From assembly GCA_022813965.1 (NCBI GenBank), contig JALDZS010000008.1, forward strand, positions 124,001 through 188,000: 64,000 nt of DNA. Direction: 5' to 3'. Origin of the DNA: Toensbergia leucococca (taxonomy: Eukaryota). Positions 9,197-22,141 of this stretch are shown here, piece after piece (position 1 is the first letter of the stretch; each line of letters begins with the position of its first letter). Position numbers and translations under genes: made by a program. A model generated the notes under the pieces. The model saw nothing but the letters and a program-made list of their open reading frames with translations, did not search any database and was not told the DNA's origin.

Positions 9197-12075
9197 ATGG
9201 CGCCAATTACCCAGCAACGACTACGAGGGCGTCCTGCACGTATGAGGATTGAGCCGTGTGAATCGCTCTGTCAACTGGCTAACAAAGCATTCAGATCCAT
9301 CTGGCCCCACTTTTCTTACATACACTCCAAATGGCCGAAAGCTCATCACAGCGGGTTCGAATAATGTCGTCCGAGTCTATACCACAGGCTTCGATGGGGA
9401 GCCTACGAACATCGACGATTGTCAGGAAAATAACACCGCAATTGCTACTACGGTAGGCTACCGCGCTCAAAGCACCGCCCACGAGGGATGCTCACGTCGT
9501 TATAGAATGACTTTTTCATTGCCGGTTCAGAGGATGGTACTGTTTGCATGTACTCCTTGGAATCGAATTCTTTCGACAAAATCCTTACTCGCTGCACTCT
9601 ACCGATCCGAGACATTGCCATTTCACCAGATGGGAATTGGGCTGCGGTAGCAAGCGAGTAAGCACAAGAGGGATCCATCCGTGCGACTGAGCTGACTCGC
9701 AAAGTGAGCTTACTGTGAAGCTTGTAGATACTCGAGACAACCTCAGAGTGTTATGTTTACGAGAACAACCAAAACCTACAAAGCACCTCTCCTTCCATCC
9801 CAGTGGCTCATATTTAGCAGTATCTTGCACAGATGGTATAGTCTACATTTACTCTCTGAGCACCGAAGAACCAGAGCTGGTCAGAAAAGTGGATGGCTTG
9901 ATTCGAAGCCTGGAAGCAGATGTAGAAACGACTTCAAGAGCCATATGGCATCCGGATGGAAGAGCCTTCGGCGCACCTACAGCTACGAGAGACATCCAAG
10001 TAGTGTCAAGAAGCGATGGTGAACGGCAGAGAGCTTTTGCGGGAGGTCACATGGGAGATATCACGGCCCTTGCGTGGTCGCCTAATGGTGCTTTGCTTGC
10101 TACTGCTGGGTCAGATAGAAAGATCATACTGTGGGAAACAAAGACACAGAAGATCCTAGCGAGGTAAATCATCCGAAACTCAAAGACGAAACATTCAGCT
10201 TACCGGTTCAGATATGACTATCCAAATGTTATCAATGTTGCATGGCATTCGCATGAAAATATACTATCATTCACCACATCAGATGGCGAGCTCTATATCC
10301 ATACCAATTTCGTTTCCTCGGAATTTACATCTCTTCTTGAAAAGACTTTGCAGCCGGCGCCGTTCATCCATGACCCACTCGCAGAAACATCAGGAAACGC
10401 TCGTAAAGCTGTTATCAATGGATCGAAGGATCCTTTGGAAGTCCGAGGAAAGCGGAGAGGCACTCCAGACTCTCTTGACGATATACTTGGCCCTGATCCG
10501 GATGACGAGGATAACTTCGTGAGCGACGATGACGGAGCCGGCTATGCAGACGGTGTCAATGGGTATGGCAAGCGAAGTAATGACCACCTTGACGCAATTG
10601 ATGGCTTTGATACCAAGAGGAGGTCCACATATAATGCATGGCAGCCAAGGTTGCATCAGTCATTCCAGCCCGGCAGCACTCCATGGAGAGGGAATCGAAG
10701 ATATCTATGTAGGCTTTACCATTCTACACTGATATCCTTGTCTTAACATTGTTCAGGCCTCAACTTGACGGGCTTTGTGTGGACTGTGGATCAGGATACT
10801 CACCACACAGTGACTGTGGAATTCTATGACAGAGAATTCCATCGCGATTTCCATTTCACAGATCCTTACCTCTACGATAAAGCTTGTCTCAGTAAGGCCA
10901 AGATTTCTCATACAAAGGGACCACACTAACAGGACTCAGATGAAAACGGCACCCTTTTCTCTTGCCCTCCAGCCAATGGAAACCCAGCGATGGTTTTCTA
11001 CCGGCCGCATGAGACCTGGACGTCAAGAGCAGATTGGAGGACTCAATTACCAGTAGGGGAAGACGTGACTTGTAAGCCGCCCTTCATCCGCATTTGATCT
11101 GAGGATGAAGTTGACCTTTTTGAAGCAATATCTCTCAGCGACTCTTATATAATAGTCACCACATCTGCCAATTACGTCCGTATCTACACCCTTTACGGCA
11201 CACCATTTCGTGTCTATCGCCAAAAGTCTTCTCCCACAGTCACATGCGCATCATGGCGTGACTACGTACTGACCATGGGCAATGGCCCTGTCGGCGGCGA
11301 CGGCTCTACAAAGCTCCTCTACACGATCGAGAACATCAAGCGCGACGAAGTCTGCCAGAGTGAAGACACCGTCGCCTTAACCGAAGGTGCCCAACTCACT
11401 AGTGTCTTCTTCTCCGACAACGGCGACCCCTGCATTTACGACTCTACCGGCGTTCTCCTTGTCCTCCAACACTGGCGAACCTCCGGCCAAGCCCGCTGGG
11501 TCCCAATGCTCGACACCAAGCTCCTCGACCGTCTCGCAAGCGGCCGTAAAGAGGAATCCTACTGGCCAGTGGCAGTCGCTCAGCACAAATTTCACTGCAT
11601 CATCCTCAAAGGCGGCGACAAATACCCCTATTTCCCCAAACCCCTCCTCACAGAGTTCGACTTCAAAATCCCCATTTCCAGCTCCCTTCCCTCCCCCGAC
11701 CCCTCCTCCTCCGACCCTGCCCCTGCAAACGAAGCCCATAAACTAGAAGAAACCTACATCCGCACCTCTCTCCAGCACTCCCTCCTCGAAGACCTCCTTG
11801 CGGCCACCACCGCCACACGCGCTCAGCAAGCCGAGTTGGCGAGAAGGGAAGTCGAAGTAGATAAGGCGCTGCTACAGCTGCTGAATGTCGAATGCAGGGA
11901 GGGCGAGGAGCGGGGTATGAAGGCTTTGGAGATTGTGGGGTTGATGCGCGATCGGAGCGGGAGGATGGTGGAGGCTGCAGGGAAGGTGGCGGGGAGGTAT
12001 GGGAGGGGGGTGTTGGGAGAGAAGATTGCGGAGATGGCGGAGAGAAGGCTTTTGGGAGAGGAGGGTGGGGAGTGA
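9197..12075 (+). CDS. CTF4: Replisome WD40/SepB protein Ctf4/Mcl1/And-1, multi-exon
   Basis: Start MAPITQQRLRGRPAH spliced to PSGPTFLTYTPNG. WD repeats, FQPGSTPWRGNRRYL, VTVEFYDREFHRDFHFTDP, YWPVAV...CIILKGGDKYPYFP. Confidence 0.93.
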
Positions 12076-13240
12076 GAGGTCTGGGAAAGATTGGTTTTGT
12101 TTGAATAGGGGGTTGGTCTTGGATTTTTGTTGTGATTTATTGGGGGGAGGTAAGGGGGTTGGAGGGAGTTTGGTACGTTGGTTGCTTGTGCTGTGTTGTG
12201 CGGTTGCAAAGTATGAGTAATTCCAATCAGATGTCCTTGAACGATGCGGAAGCTATATTCCCTCCCTCACCCCGTCCACAGAAACACCAAAATTACTCCA
12301 CCGTTAACCGTTCAAGAATCAACCACCCAAAACTCACCCGGCCAATCCCTTGCTTTAAGTCAATTTCTTTCGATAATCTTCGAGACTCGCATTGACCACT
12401 CGAAGCAAAAGTGACATGGAGGCAGTCTCACACACCATCACTCCTACCTAAGCCCCCTTTTTTTTCTTTTCCTCTTAATCAACATACCCGCTCTTTCATT
12501 TCTCAATCTCTGTCCCCCTGCGCCCCACAAGTCCGCCCGCCCGCGCCCTTGTCTCGTGTTGGATCTTGTCTTCTTTCCTCCCTTCTTTCGGTCGAGCCTT
12601 TATAGCTCCCCCTTTTCCTCTCCCCGCTGCCCGTATTTTCCTATGTACACACATCCCTACACTTCCATTCTTACAACTCTCCCCCCTTTGCCCCCCCCCC
12701 ATCCTCCTCCCCCAAAAAAGAGAAATAGTACCAAGAACAAAAACTCCAAGAAAAAGCGACGACCAAAAAGTGAGACCGTACTAAGAAAAAGGGCAGCACA
12801 ATAACCCATCATTCCCCTTCGAATCAACCACGATCGCAAAATCCGATATCAAATAAAAGAACCTCGGACACCGAACCTCGAAACCAAAACCCAGCGACCA
12901 GATATCCAAAAAAACCCAAAACCCAAAATCCAAGATACACATCTCAATTGCCAAAAAAGCCGGGGTTTCAAAACCGCAACTCACCCTTTACCAAAAAAAA
13001 ACCCGTGCTCATCTACAAACAAAAGACACCATCTCTCACCCCTCCCCCGCAGAGGACAGGATCAATTTCTCCGCATCAGTGAGGTGATCCAACCACACCC
13101 CCCGGCCAAAAAAAAAAGGGAAAGGAAATACTCTCTCATGGACCCTGATGATGAAGCAAATTTCTCAACAACCCCTAATCTCAATCTCTGTTCAATCCTC
13201 TCCCTCCCTCCCATCTCCCATCCAACCTCTCCCCATCCTT

Positions 13241-13287
13241 CTCCCATCTCCCATCTCCCATCTCCCATCTCCCATCTCCCCATCTCC
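13241..13287. repeat. (CCCATCT)n heptamer microsatellite within a poly-C tract
   Basis: About 6 tandem CCCATCT units. Confidence 0.8.
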
Positions 13288-13913
13288 CCCCCATCCTTCC
13301 CTCCCAACCCCCCCCCCACCCCCCCCCAATCAAACTCACACCCCTCCCCCCTCCCTCCCCCCCCAAAAAAAGCGCCTCACCCTCCGCTCTACCCACAAGA
13401 CCCCAGATCAGGCTCATTAGTTAATTAAACTCGGTGACGAGGGGGCGGGTTCGAGGCTGTTGTGTGTGTGTGTGTATGTGTTTTTTTAAGGGGGGTGGGG
13501 GTGGGGTTTTTTCGTTGCTGTGGGGGTGAAAGGGAGGGGTTAGATGGGTGAGATGGTAAGGGAGGGGCGTGGAAGAGGAAGGGTGGGGGGAGAGATTGAC
13601 TTGATGGGTTATTTTTGGAAGGAGGGTGGTAGTCGAGTCCGGGCAGGGGGGGAAAGGCATGATGGATAGCTGGGGGCGTTCCATAAGAGATCTGGTCTGC
13701 TGGGTGGATTTGAGTGGACAATTAGTTTTTACTTACCAACAATAGGTAGGGTTTTCAAACCTCACTAAAGTCTAGACTGAGAAGAGTATTATCTTACAAA
13801 CCAACCAGCCAGTAAAGGACTGTTCTCAGCCGCCCAAACCCTCGCCATATGTTCAATGCCACCCCAGCTCCCAAGCCCGATCCGAACAAAACGCCATTTC
13901 ATATAATCAATTT

Positions 13914-14934
13914 TCAAACCCTCCTCCTCCCAGGACCTCTTCTCTCCCCACTCTGGCAATACTCCCACGCCAGCCCCTGCACCTCCTTCTCCTTTTCCTT
14001 CTTCCACTTCGCTCTCCCCAGCAACCAATCCGTCACACTAACAACCCGACTCGCGCGATCCCAACTTCCCCCCTCCTCAGCATGCTCAATCGTATGCGTA
14101 ACAATCCTGCCCTCCTCATCAAATTCAAAGATAAAAAGTCCGCAAAATTCCTCATCGTCCCGCACATCGCCGCCCAACCATTCCGTAATCTTGTCGACCT
14201 GCTCACTGGCCCCGATTCCACGATACAAAGCACCCATACCCTTTCCCTTTGTCTTGCCGCACGTTTTCCAGCGAACGACGAGGCGCTCGCTGCTCACTTT
14301 ATCGGACTTGCTGTTCGAAATGTAGGTGGGAAGACCATTTTTGATGATGCGCTCGCTGAGGATGATGAGTTTGACGTTGCCCACAATGGGAACGCGGCCC
14401 CAGGCCATGGGAGCAGTCCATAGCGCGGCATGGTAGGCTACACGGCCGGAAACGGTGGGAAGGTGAGGGTGGGTGGTTGGGAAGAGGTGGAGAGAGATAT
14501 GGGGGGAGAGAATCTCTTGAGGGAGAGGGGAGGCGAGGAGAGTCGGGAGGCGGGATTGGAGGATTCGGAGTGCTGGGGAGAGGAGTATGTAAGCGGTCTT
14601 AGAAACATTGGCGCATATACTGGTGAAAAGAAACAAATAGAAATGGTAGATTAGGGCTCTAAAACATACTTTTGCCTAATTTGATTGTCCGCTCGTCTGG
14701 AGGAGGGCCTTCCGGGTTATGACCGCATCCTTCGGGAGCACGGCGTGGCGGACTGGAGCTTGTAAACCATACTTCTGGAAAGCAGTCATGGCTTGGTTGC
14801 ACTTGAGCGAGGGAACGACATGGTGAGAAGAAGGTGGTACGAAGGGTGAGAGGAATTGTTGATGGGGTCGTAGAGGCGAGTTTCAAAGCATGGTGATTTG
14901 TGCGGAGGAGGCCCGATGGTGAGATCTTCCTCAT
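13914..14934 (-). CDS. Conserved fungal mitochondrial protein, MMU163/mug163-like (C6orf136-related), 2 exons
   Basis: PPDERTIKLGK|TLRILQSRLPTLL..PLPQEILSPHISLHLFPTTHPHLPTVSGRVAY..., FCGLFIFEFDEEGRI. The N-terminus is basic and presequence-like. Start codon uncertain (14934, 14949 or 15057). Confidence 0.72.
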
Positions 14935-15401
14935 GAGAGTAAGGGTCATTGATGAAGACGAGACATGGGCATTTAAGAAACGGCTTGGGTCCAACAGGGT
15001 ATTATCGAAATACGATACCTTGAATGCGAAGGAGTAAGACGTGTTCCTCGGTTCCATTTGTTATGTGGAAAACTTATCGATTGCGGCCCGCCCCGGTAGC
15101 AATGACGTAGGGAAATCCAGAGAGAGGCTGAGAGGTACGGATGTTCTACGGAGTATTGGGGCTCAACACGAGTAGATCACCAGCTGCATTGACGGTCAAT
15201 TTCGTCGCAAATCTCCATTCTTCTGTTGTAGCTAGCCTGAAGCCTGGTGATCCCTTCACCCTGCTCGAAGCTATTTTTCATCTCTATCATACCGAGCAAG
15301 CAATTACCATGTAAAAACACCGTAAGTGCAAAAAGAAAACTCTAACACGTTTGTGTGAATGGATATACAACGCTCCCTTCGCAGCCGTGACCATGGCCCT
15401 C

Positions 15402-16618
15402 CTAATGCTTAGCCGTAACTTGGTCGCCCGTAAGCTTCTCAACTGCCTCTTTAGCTCTAGAGAACAGAGCCCGTCAGTAATTTTGTGTAAGTAGGTTGGT
15501 GGACAATGTACTCACATGTCACCCAGGGCAACCATACAAATAGTCTGCCACACTCCCAACCCAATGCGAGGCGTAAGACCCCGATACAACCCCTTCATCC
15601 CGTTTTGTCCATAAATATACTTCAAAGTAGAGCCCACTGTCATCTTCTTCGGTCTATTCGGATCCTCAGTCTTACTTTGCATCTCCACGCGAATAACCTC
15701 AATTGGCTGATTCCAGGCACTCAACCCGCCACCAAGTCCACTTGATAAGATCTTTTCAAAAGAGCCCAGCTTCTGCCCCTCCTCTTTCCCAGTAACCTTC
15801 CTGATACCCTGTTCTGTCAATCTAGACAAACCGAATCTCGATCCCCAGTTCGTCGTTTGCCTAATAGCCACAGCGTTCACTCCCTTATTAATTCCTCTTA
15901 TCCCCTCTTTCCTCCATATATCCATAAATGTTTCGAAGGTGCCCGGAGGCTTCACACCCTTGGAAGCAATTTTATGTTTTGTGATCTCGACGGTTTTCAT
16001 ACATGTGCAGAAGCCCATGGTCGCGTACGCTTGTGCGAGGCCGCCAGCCATGCCACCGGAGATACCACCAACGAAGTCGGAGGCGCCAAAGGATTTGGCA
16101 TAGTATTCCGCTTCAGAAGCTACAAACAAGAGGACTGCGCCTTTCGTTGAAGCTTCGATCCAGGCCCAGGGGATAAGTCCTTGGTAAACTTAGGGTTAGG
16201 AGATTAGTATACAACTTCTATTGACTTCTGCGAGAGCTTCAGACTTACAGCCCAGGACACCCCCGCGGCCCCAGACTCTTGACAATGCACCTGCGAAGTT
16301 ATCTCCTCGATTTGCGGCCATGGTAGTTTTGACCACCTCCAGTGGCTGTAGAAGGCGTCAGTAAACGCACATCACCTTCCACTGAATCTCGAGATTGACA
16401 TACCTGGCCTAATGTTGTAACCCTGAATAAATGCGTAAGCAATGTTCTTGCTTTAGGACCTGATGAGTATGACTTACTCAAACATGTTCAAACCCGCACC
16501 CACTATTCCATAGCCAAATCAGCAGCAGCTCGAGCTCACCCGCAGCTTCATCCTACTCACGTAGAAGATTACTGAACTTCACCGGCTTCTTCTCGGCTAA
16601 TGGTGGTGCTGCAGCCAT
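15402..16618 (-). CDS. YHM2: Mitochondrial citrate/2-oxoglutarate carrier
   Basis: EKKPVKFSNLLLGAGLNMFEVTTLGQPLEVVKT assembled across micro-exons; VAIRQTTNWGSRFG; WNQPIEVIRVEMQS; GLYRGLTPRIGLGVWQT. Confidence 0.95.
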
Positions 16619-17887
16619 GATATCGCGTGCGAATGTAAAGGGCCCTGACCAAGGGAGAATGGACGCTTCGTTGCTTTTTGTCGGGGGGCAAGTATTCTAG
16701 GAAGCTCTGGTACTATATTCTTGATTCACGTAAAGCTAATCATCAAAAAATTTCATTCATACGAGAGATGTTCAGGCGCAGGAATGACAGATTAAGCGCC
16801 GAAGCTGCAATGTAACTATCCGTACAGGGGTCCAGATAGTAGTTAGCGGCTCAACATGACCTTGATCCTCTAATCCTTTTTTTGTTGTTGAAATACACGG
16901 CCCCATCAGACGACAAACCAACAACTGATAAGTTTTATGTTGTTGATGATCTTTGTACATTTCAACGCGCGTCACGTGAGATCATGAAACCTGACCTTGA
17001 GATTGAAAAGAAGGAAAGGGAGAAAAATGCATGTCGACATCTACTACAATGACTGGACTCCTCTTCTTGTGTCTTCTACTTTTTGATTTTGCATCTTTCA
17101 ATTCGTTCCCTACTTCTGCTACGCCAAACGATGTACTTTTGATATGTGGTTGCCTTTTTCACATTCAGATTTCAACCATTAACAATCAATAGAGCGAATG
17201 ACAAACTTACCGAGTGAAGATTATACGGATACAACAGTGCTTACAATTCTACCTACTGATTAAGTACTATCGCCCCTCCTATGCTAAAAAGTGGATTCTT
17301 TCGTCATGTGGATGCCCTTTTGTCAAACATCGTTCAAAAGTCAACAATTCAATAAAGCAAAATTGAAAGCTTCCAACCGAGTTCCCTGGATAGAATAGCG
17401 GGGACTGTTTCACTGAACTCTTTGAGAACTAACAGGGCGTCACTGAGCAGGTAATGACGAGTAAAAATGCCGTTTTCTACCGGTTACCGCCAAGACCTCT
17501 TTTTCAGATGATCTTGAATGACCCAACGGAGAAATCGATTTCGTTACCCTCGGTTGACGAAGGATCGCTCTTTCCTCGAGGACATTTGTGAAAATCGTTG
17601 AGACTTGTTGAAAATCCGATGGAGAGATCATGTATTTTAGATGCTTCGTTGCCTACTCCAATTGATCTTCATTCCAGTGCTCCTCGACAGATCATTTCCA
17701 CCGTTCTTCCAATTCATTGTATAACCTGTATACTTATACTGTGTCATCAGCTACATTAGCAAATCAGCGAGGAATCAAGAGCACCAATAAGTGAATATAT
17801 ATACAAGTATATATATAAATATACGTATAGAATCGTCCTAGTCCTCATTCAACAATTGAGTCTCCTGACGTTGTAAACAGTCACAAG

Positions 17888-18391
17888 ATGCAACTTACGA
17901 CATGGCTTCGTATCTTGATGCTCGCTCTAGTCATAACTGTTGTTCCTGCTATGCCCTTATCGGTCCTCGATTACATACATCTTCATGGTACCATTGCGCC
18001 TGATGACATTGTCAAAATTGAAAGATGTAAGGGCCGTTGGGAATGGAGATACGCGGCGCTCGTCTTGTCTCATTGGAGTCAACATGCACAGAGAAAGGCC
18101 TTTAGCGCTCACGACGGTTGTTCTTTGCCCCACACCCTGCTAGAATGGCATAACAAACAAAAGAACCATGATCACAAAGATAAGGACAACAAACACAAGG
18201 ACGATGACCATAAGGGTAAGGACAAGGAACACGACGACAAGAACAAGCACAACAAAGATGGCAAGCAGAAACGCTCCCTTGATGCCACTGACGTCTCTCT
18301 CGAAACTGTCGTCAATGAGCAAAATGGCGAGAAAGGTGCAGGCTTTTTATCTAGCATAAGACTGTGGGCGAGGAGTGAGGTAGCCGAATAA
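17888..18391 (+). CDS. Small secreted protein with a His/Lys/Asp-rich tract and a KR (Kex2-like) site
   Basis: N-terminal signal peptide MQLTTWLRILMLALVITVVPA-MP. TATA-rich block at 17796-17825. HDHKDKDNKHKDDDHK tract ending in QKR. Confidence 0.7.
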   Translation: MQLTTWLRILMLALVITVVPAMPLSVLDYIHLHGTIAPDDIVKIERCKGRWEWRYAALVLSHWSQHAQRKAFSAHDGCSLPHTLLEWHNKQKNHDHKDKDNKHKDDDHKGKDKEHDDKNKHNKDGKQKRSLDATDVSLETVVNEQNGEKGAGFLSSIRLWARSEVAE

Positions 18392-19563
18392 GCAGTCGGG
18401 CGTGAGGAGCCATTCAGTAAGCTAAGCCCACCATTACTCAATCGCAAAATGGCTCCAGAACGAAATACCTTGAAGACAAAAACACCTCGAGTGAGCTTCT
18501 TCTCAAGTCATTACTGATCCACCGACAGCACCGAAAGAATTGCAAGAGGTATCAATGGAGGTAAAGGATGCTCCTCAACACAAGGAATGGCATAAGTCTC
18601 GCGAGCAAAACCACAAACACTAAAGGGATACCTCTCGCTCGATGTAAAAATCTTGAATCTTGGGATGACCATTTAGAATTTGGAAACCGGTGGCTGGCCT
18701 GCTTTAATGGAGGAAGGCAAGTTGTTGGATACGACCACATTTTTTCTCAAAGGCTATTATAATCGTGATGTAGATAACAGTGAGAGGACTGAAAAAGAGG
18801 AAGGGGAGGACAAAATAGAGTGAAGACCTGTCATGACTTTCTCAAATAAGAAGTGCAGCAAAGTGTTTTTTGGCTCCGAACATTGTGATGTAATGCTCAG
18901 GAAAATTTTGTGCAATTTACCTTTGTTGAAGGTGATTTTGATAGTAACTTGCATTGACTCAGATATTGACCATAAGAAAATTGAATTAGGCTTGAATTTG
19001 TCAATAAAGGAGATTGCAGCAGTAGACCTACCGGTAACGAGAATTTTCCATCAATGTGTTCAAAACTTCTGACATCAGTAGTTGAAGCAAGTGTGAATGG
19101 ACTAGTAAGGAGCAAGAGGTCATGTACGTTCCTGGGATAATCATACCCTCACGATGCATGTGAAGAGTTCCATGCACGAAGCTACCGAGGTACCCTGATG
19201 TTTGTCGTTACTTCCATTTAACCCTAAAGAGGCTAAGCTTTGTTGCGACGAAAAGTTAAAGAGTCAAGATCATGGGCTCCTGTACGGAGTAGGGTAAGAT
19301 AAGAGGACAGGTACATATGTTATTTGTCTGGGGTGATCGAGTTGATCAACCATGTCACTCTACAGAGATGATTAGCGCCAGCAATCGTCATACAAATGAG
19401 CAGTTGGAGGCTCAACGCGACACTAGTAGAGAATACATCAGAAAAGCACATCATTTTCCGTGCGACTCCCTCAGTAAGCTTATGCACACATGGAATACGC
19501 TCCCTCAGATCCCTCTACAGTCACATCCTTCCGTCGCAATTTTTTCAATACGAAGCTTCAATC

Positions 19564-21364
19564 TCACAAATTCGCACCTACCAATTTGGCCCATGCGGCG
19601 GTGCTGAAGGATTTGGGACGCTCGATGGGGGCACCCAGTGCCCTATCAATAATCAATTGAGGTAGAACACCGATGGCGCGTGAGACACCGAAGAGAACCG
19701 TGTAGTAATTAGCCTCGGTCAAGCCGTAGTATTGCAGAAGGACGCCCGAGTGCTGTAATCATTAGTCTACGTCGAGCTGGAAACACATCTATGACTTACG
19801 GCATCAACGTTGGGATACGGGTTCTTGGTCTTGCCATGCTCGGTCAACACACCTGGGGCAATCTTGTAAACCTGGCTTACGAGCTTGAACATGGGATCAT
19901 CGGGCAGATGTCGTAGAGCAAATTCACGCTGGCAAACATAGCGGGGATCAGTCTTCCTCAAGACGGCGTGTCCATAGCCGGGCACTACCTGGCCGGCTTT
20001 CAGGGTTGACCAGAGGTAATCGGTTATAGCTTTGTCGCTAAGGTCGCTGCCAATTACCTTCTTCATCTTCTGTAACCAATTGAGCACTTCTTGGTTGGCC
20101 CTAGTACGTGGTCAGCTGGAAATTACGTAGAAGGATACATGGACATACAATCCGTGCAATGGGCCGGCCAAACCACTCAATCCAGCGGATAGAGACAACA
20201 TTGGTGAGCTGAGAGCACTACCGACCAAGTGCGTCGCATGTGCGCTGACATTACCACCCTCATGGTCCGAGTGAATAGTAAGGTACAAGCGCATGAGTTC
20301 TACAAAATCTTTATTCTCGCCAAAACCAAGTTGGTTGGCTAGATTGAAACCATAGTCTTTGTCCTTCTGGACTGGGGCAACTTTGCCATCTTTGAAGACG
20401 TTGCGATATATTCTGGCGGCAATAGTTGGTAGCTTAGCAATCAGGTCCATCGAGTCCTCGAATGTGTAGCCCCAATAATCCTTCTTGCTCACACCCCTGG
20501 CATATGCCTTGGCAAACGAAGATTCATGTTCCAAAGCTGTGACTGCAATCGAGAATTGAGCCATTGGGTGAAGGTCGCTTGGACAGCGGTCAATGAGCTC
20601 TTCGATGAATTTTGGAACATCCGAGCGAGCGGCCCATTCGGCTGAAAGGTCACGGACTTGTTGCTCACTTGGAACCTCGCCGGTCAAGAGAAGCCAGAAA
20701 AGACCTATCACAAATTAGAACTAGTGCACTGCTGTAGTCTAAAGTGAAACGCTAACCTTCTGGAAGAGGCTCCTCTCCACCAGGTGCTTTTGGTAATTCT
20801 TGTTGACATTCTGGTATCTATGGCACGGTCTAAGCTATCTCCACCCAGCGAGAGTTACCCGATGTTATTTGAGCTTACAGTTTTACCTCTGAACCGGATG
20901 CCCTCTTCTGAATCGAGTACGGAGCCCTGTTCAATGTTAGAATTCCCATACGTTGTAAGATTTGCCAGGAGCAAACAAACCTCCCACACAAGCGATTTTA
21001 TGCCCCGAGCACCACCATAGACTTGATCGAGAGTTACCTCACCAACAACCTTTGAGCCATAATCCCTAAAATAGACTAGTATCAGTCTCGCTCACTACAC
21101 CGTATGAGTGTCAGGTGGCTCGACGAACTTCCTCAATTTCTTAACTTTCTCTATCTCGCCAGGTATTTTCGCGGCGAAGGTTTCTTTTAAGCTCTGACGA
21201 CGATTAGTCTAGATGTAAGCTGCATGGGATAGTTCCTAGCTTGCCTGAGTCTTAGCTGAGGAGTAGCATCGAGCACCATTGAGAGCAATGGATCGCGCTG
21301 GAGAGGCAGCAGAATTCAAAGCCGGTCGCAGGGCTGCACTGCCAATTCGTAACGCTGGGGCCAT
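19564..21364 (-). CDS. CIT1: Mitochondrial citrate synthase
   Basis: Presequence [64 protein letters not shown]; ends KLVGANL. Confidence 0.97.
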
Positions 21365-22141
21365 TATTGAGTGTTCTTAGAGCTGTCTGAAGTTGATTAG
21401 ATGAGCGGGAGAGCTTGAGATAGAATTCTTATGGCGGAGGGCGGAGCTTTGGGCCGGTTGATGAACGTATTCAATATCCTCGACAGCTTTACAGAATACT
21501 GTGCAGCAGTAAATTTATGAAGAAAATGAAACCAAAGCATGCAGTACTAATAGATCCATTTCTACGTTACACCAAATCCTAGGTATTTAGTTACCGGTGC
21601 TTGGAGGATTGGGGCGTCCCAAATCTCCCAACACTCGTACCAAAATCGTTGTAACCGAATTGAGCAATTTCACGTGACGTGGCTAGTAGGATTCAACCCG
21701 GATCCTTCGTCCTTCTCCGCATCCATCTTCTCTTTGTTACGACCATCCAGTACAATAACCACCTCGACGAATACCTTCATCCTCAGAAGACGATATCCCA
21801 TCAGATAGTTGACTCAGGAAGTAGACAAATTGACGACTTCAACTCAAGTAGGCCTTGGGGAAATTATCAGCCCGTGTTCTGTTACCGCACTTACACTTGC
21901 GCATCGCCGAGAACTTGTAGTGACTCAAACCTTTCTTGATCAACACCAGCTCTTGTCGTTACCCAAAATAGTTCTCCTGATCTGTCGCATTTCTTTCTCC
22001 ACACAGACTACCATCAGCGTCTGAGACAAGGTAGTTAGAGTCTCGAGGACGCTCTGACAAAATTACTTCATCTCTAATCAAGATTCGATTTTGCATGCTA
22101 CCGAAGTAAACCGCTGCCTGTAAGGTACTACCATCACAGTC

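Noticed and set aside
12400..13720. Numerous Pro- or Gly-rich ORFs on both strands
   Set aside because: By-products of poly-C/poly-G low complexity lacking stop codons; no motifs or splice structure.
18450..19120. AT-rich stretch with short ORF fragments, possibly a decayed TE or gene
   Set aside because: No terminal repeats or recognisable protein motifs.
19219..19227. TAACCCTAA, resembling a telomerase RNA template (similar word at ~16190)
   Set aside because: A single short match with no supporting structure; the other copy is an intron branch-point region.
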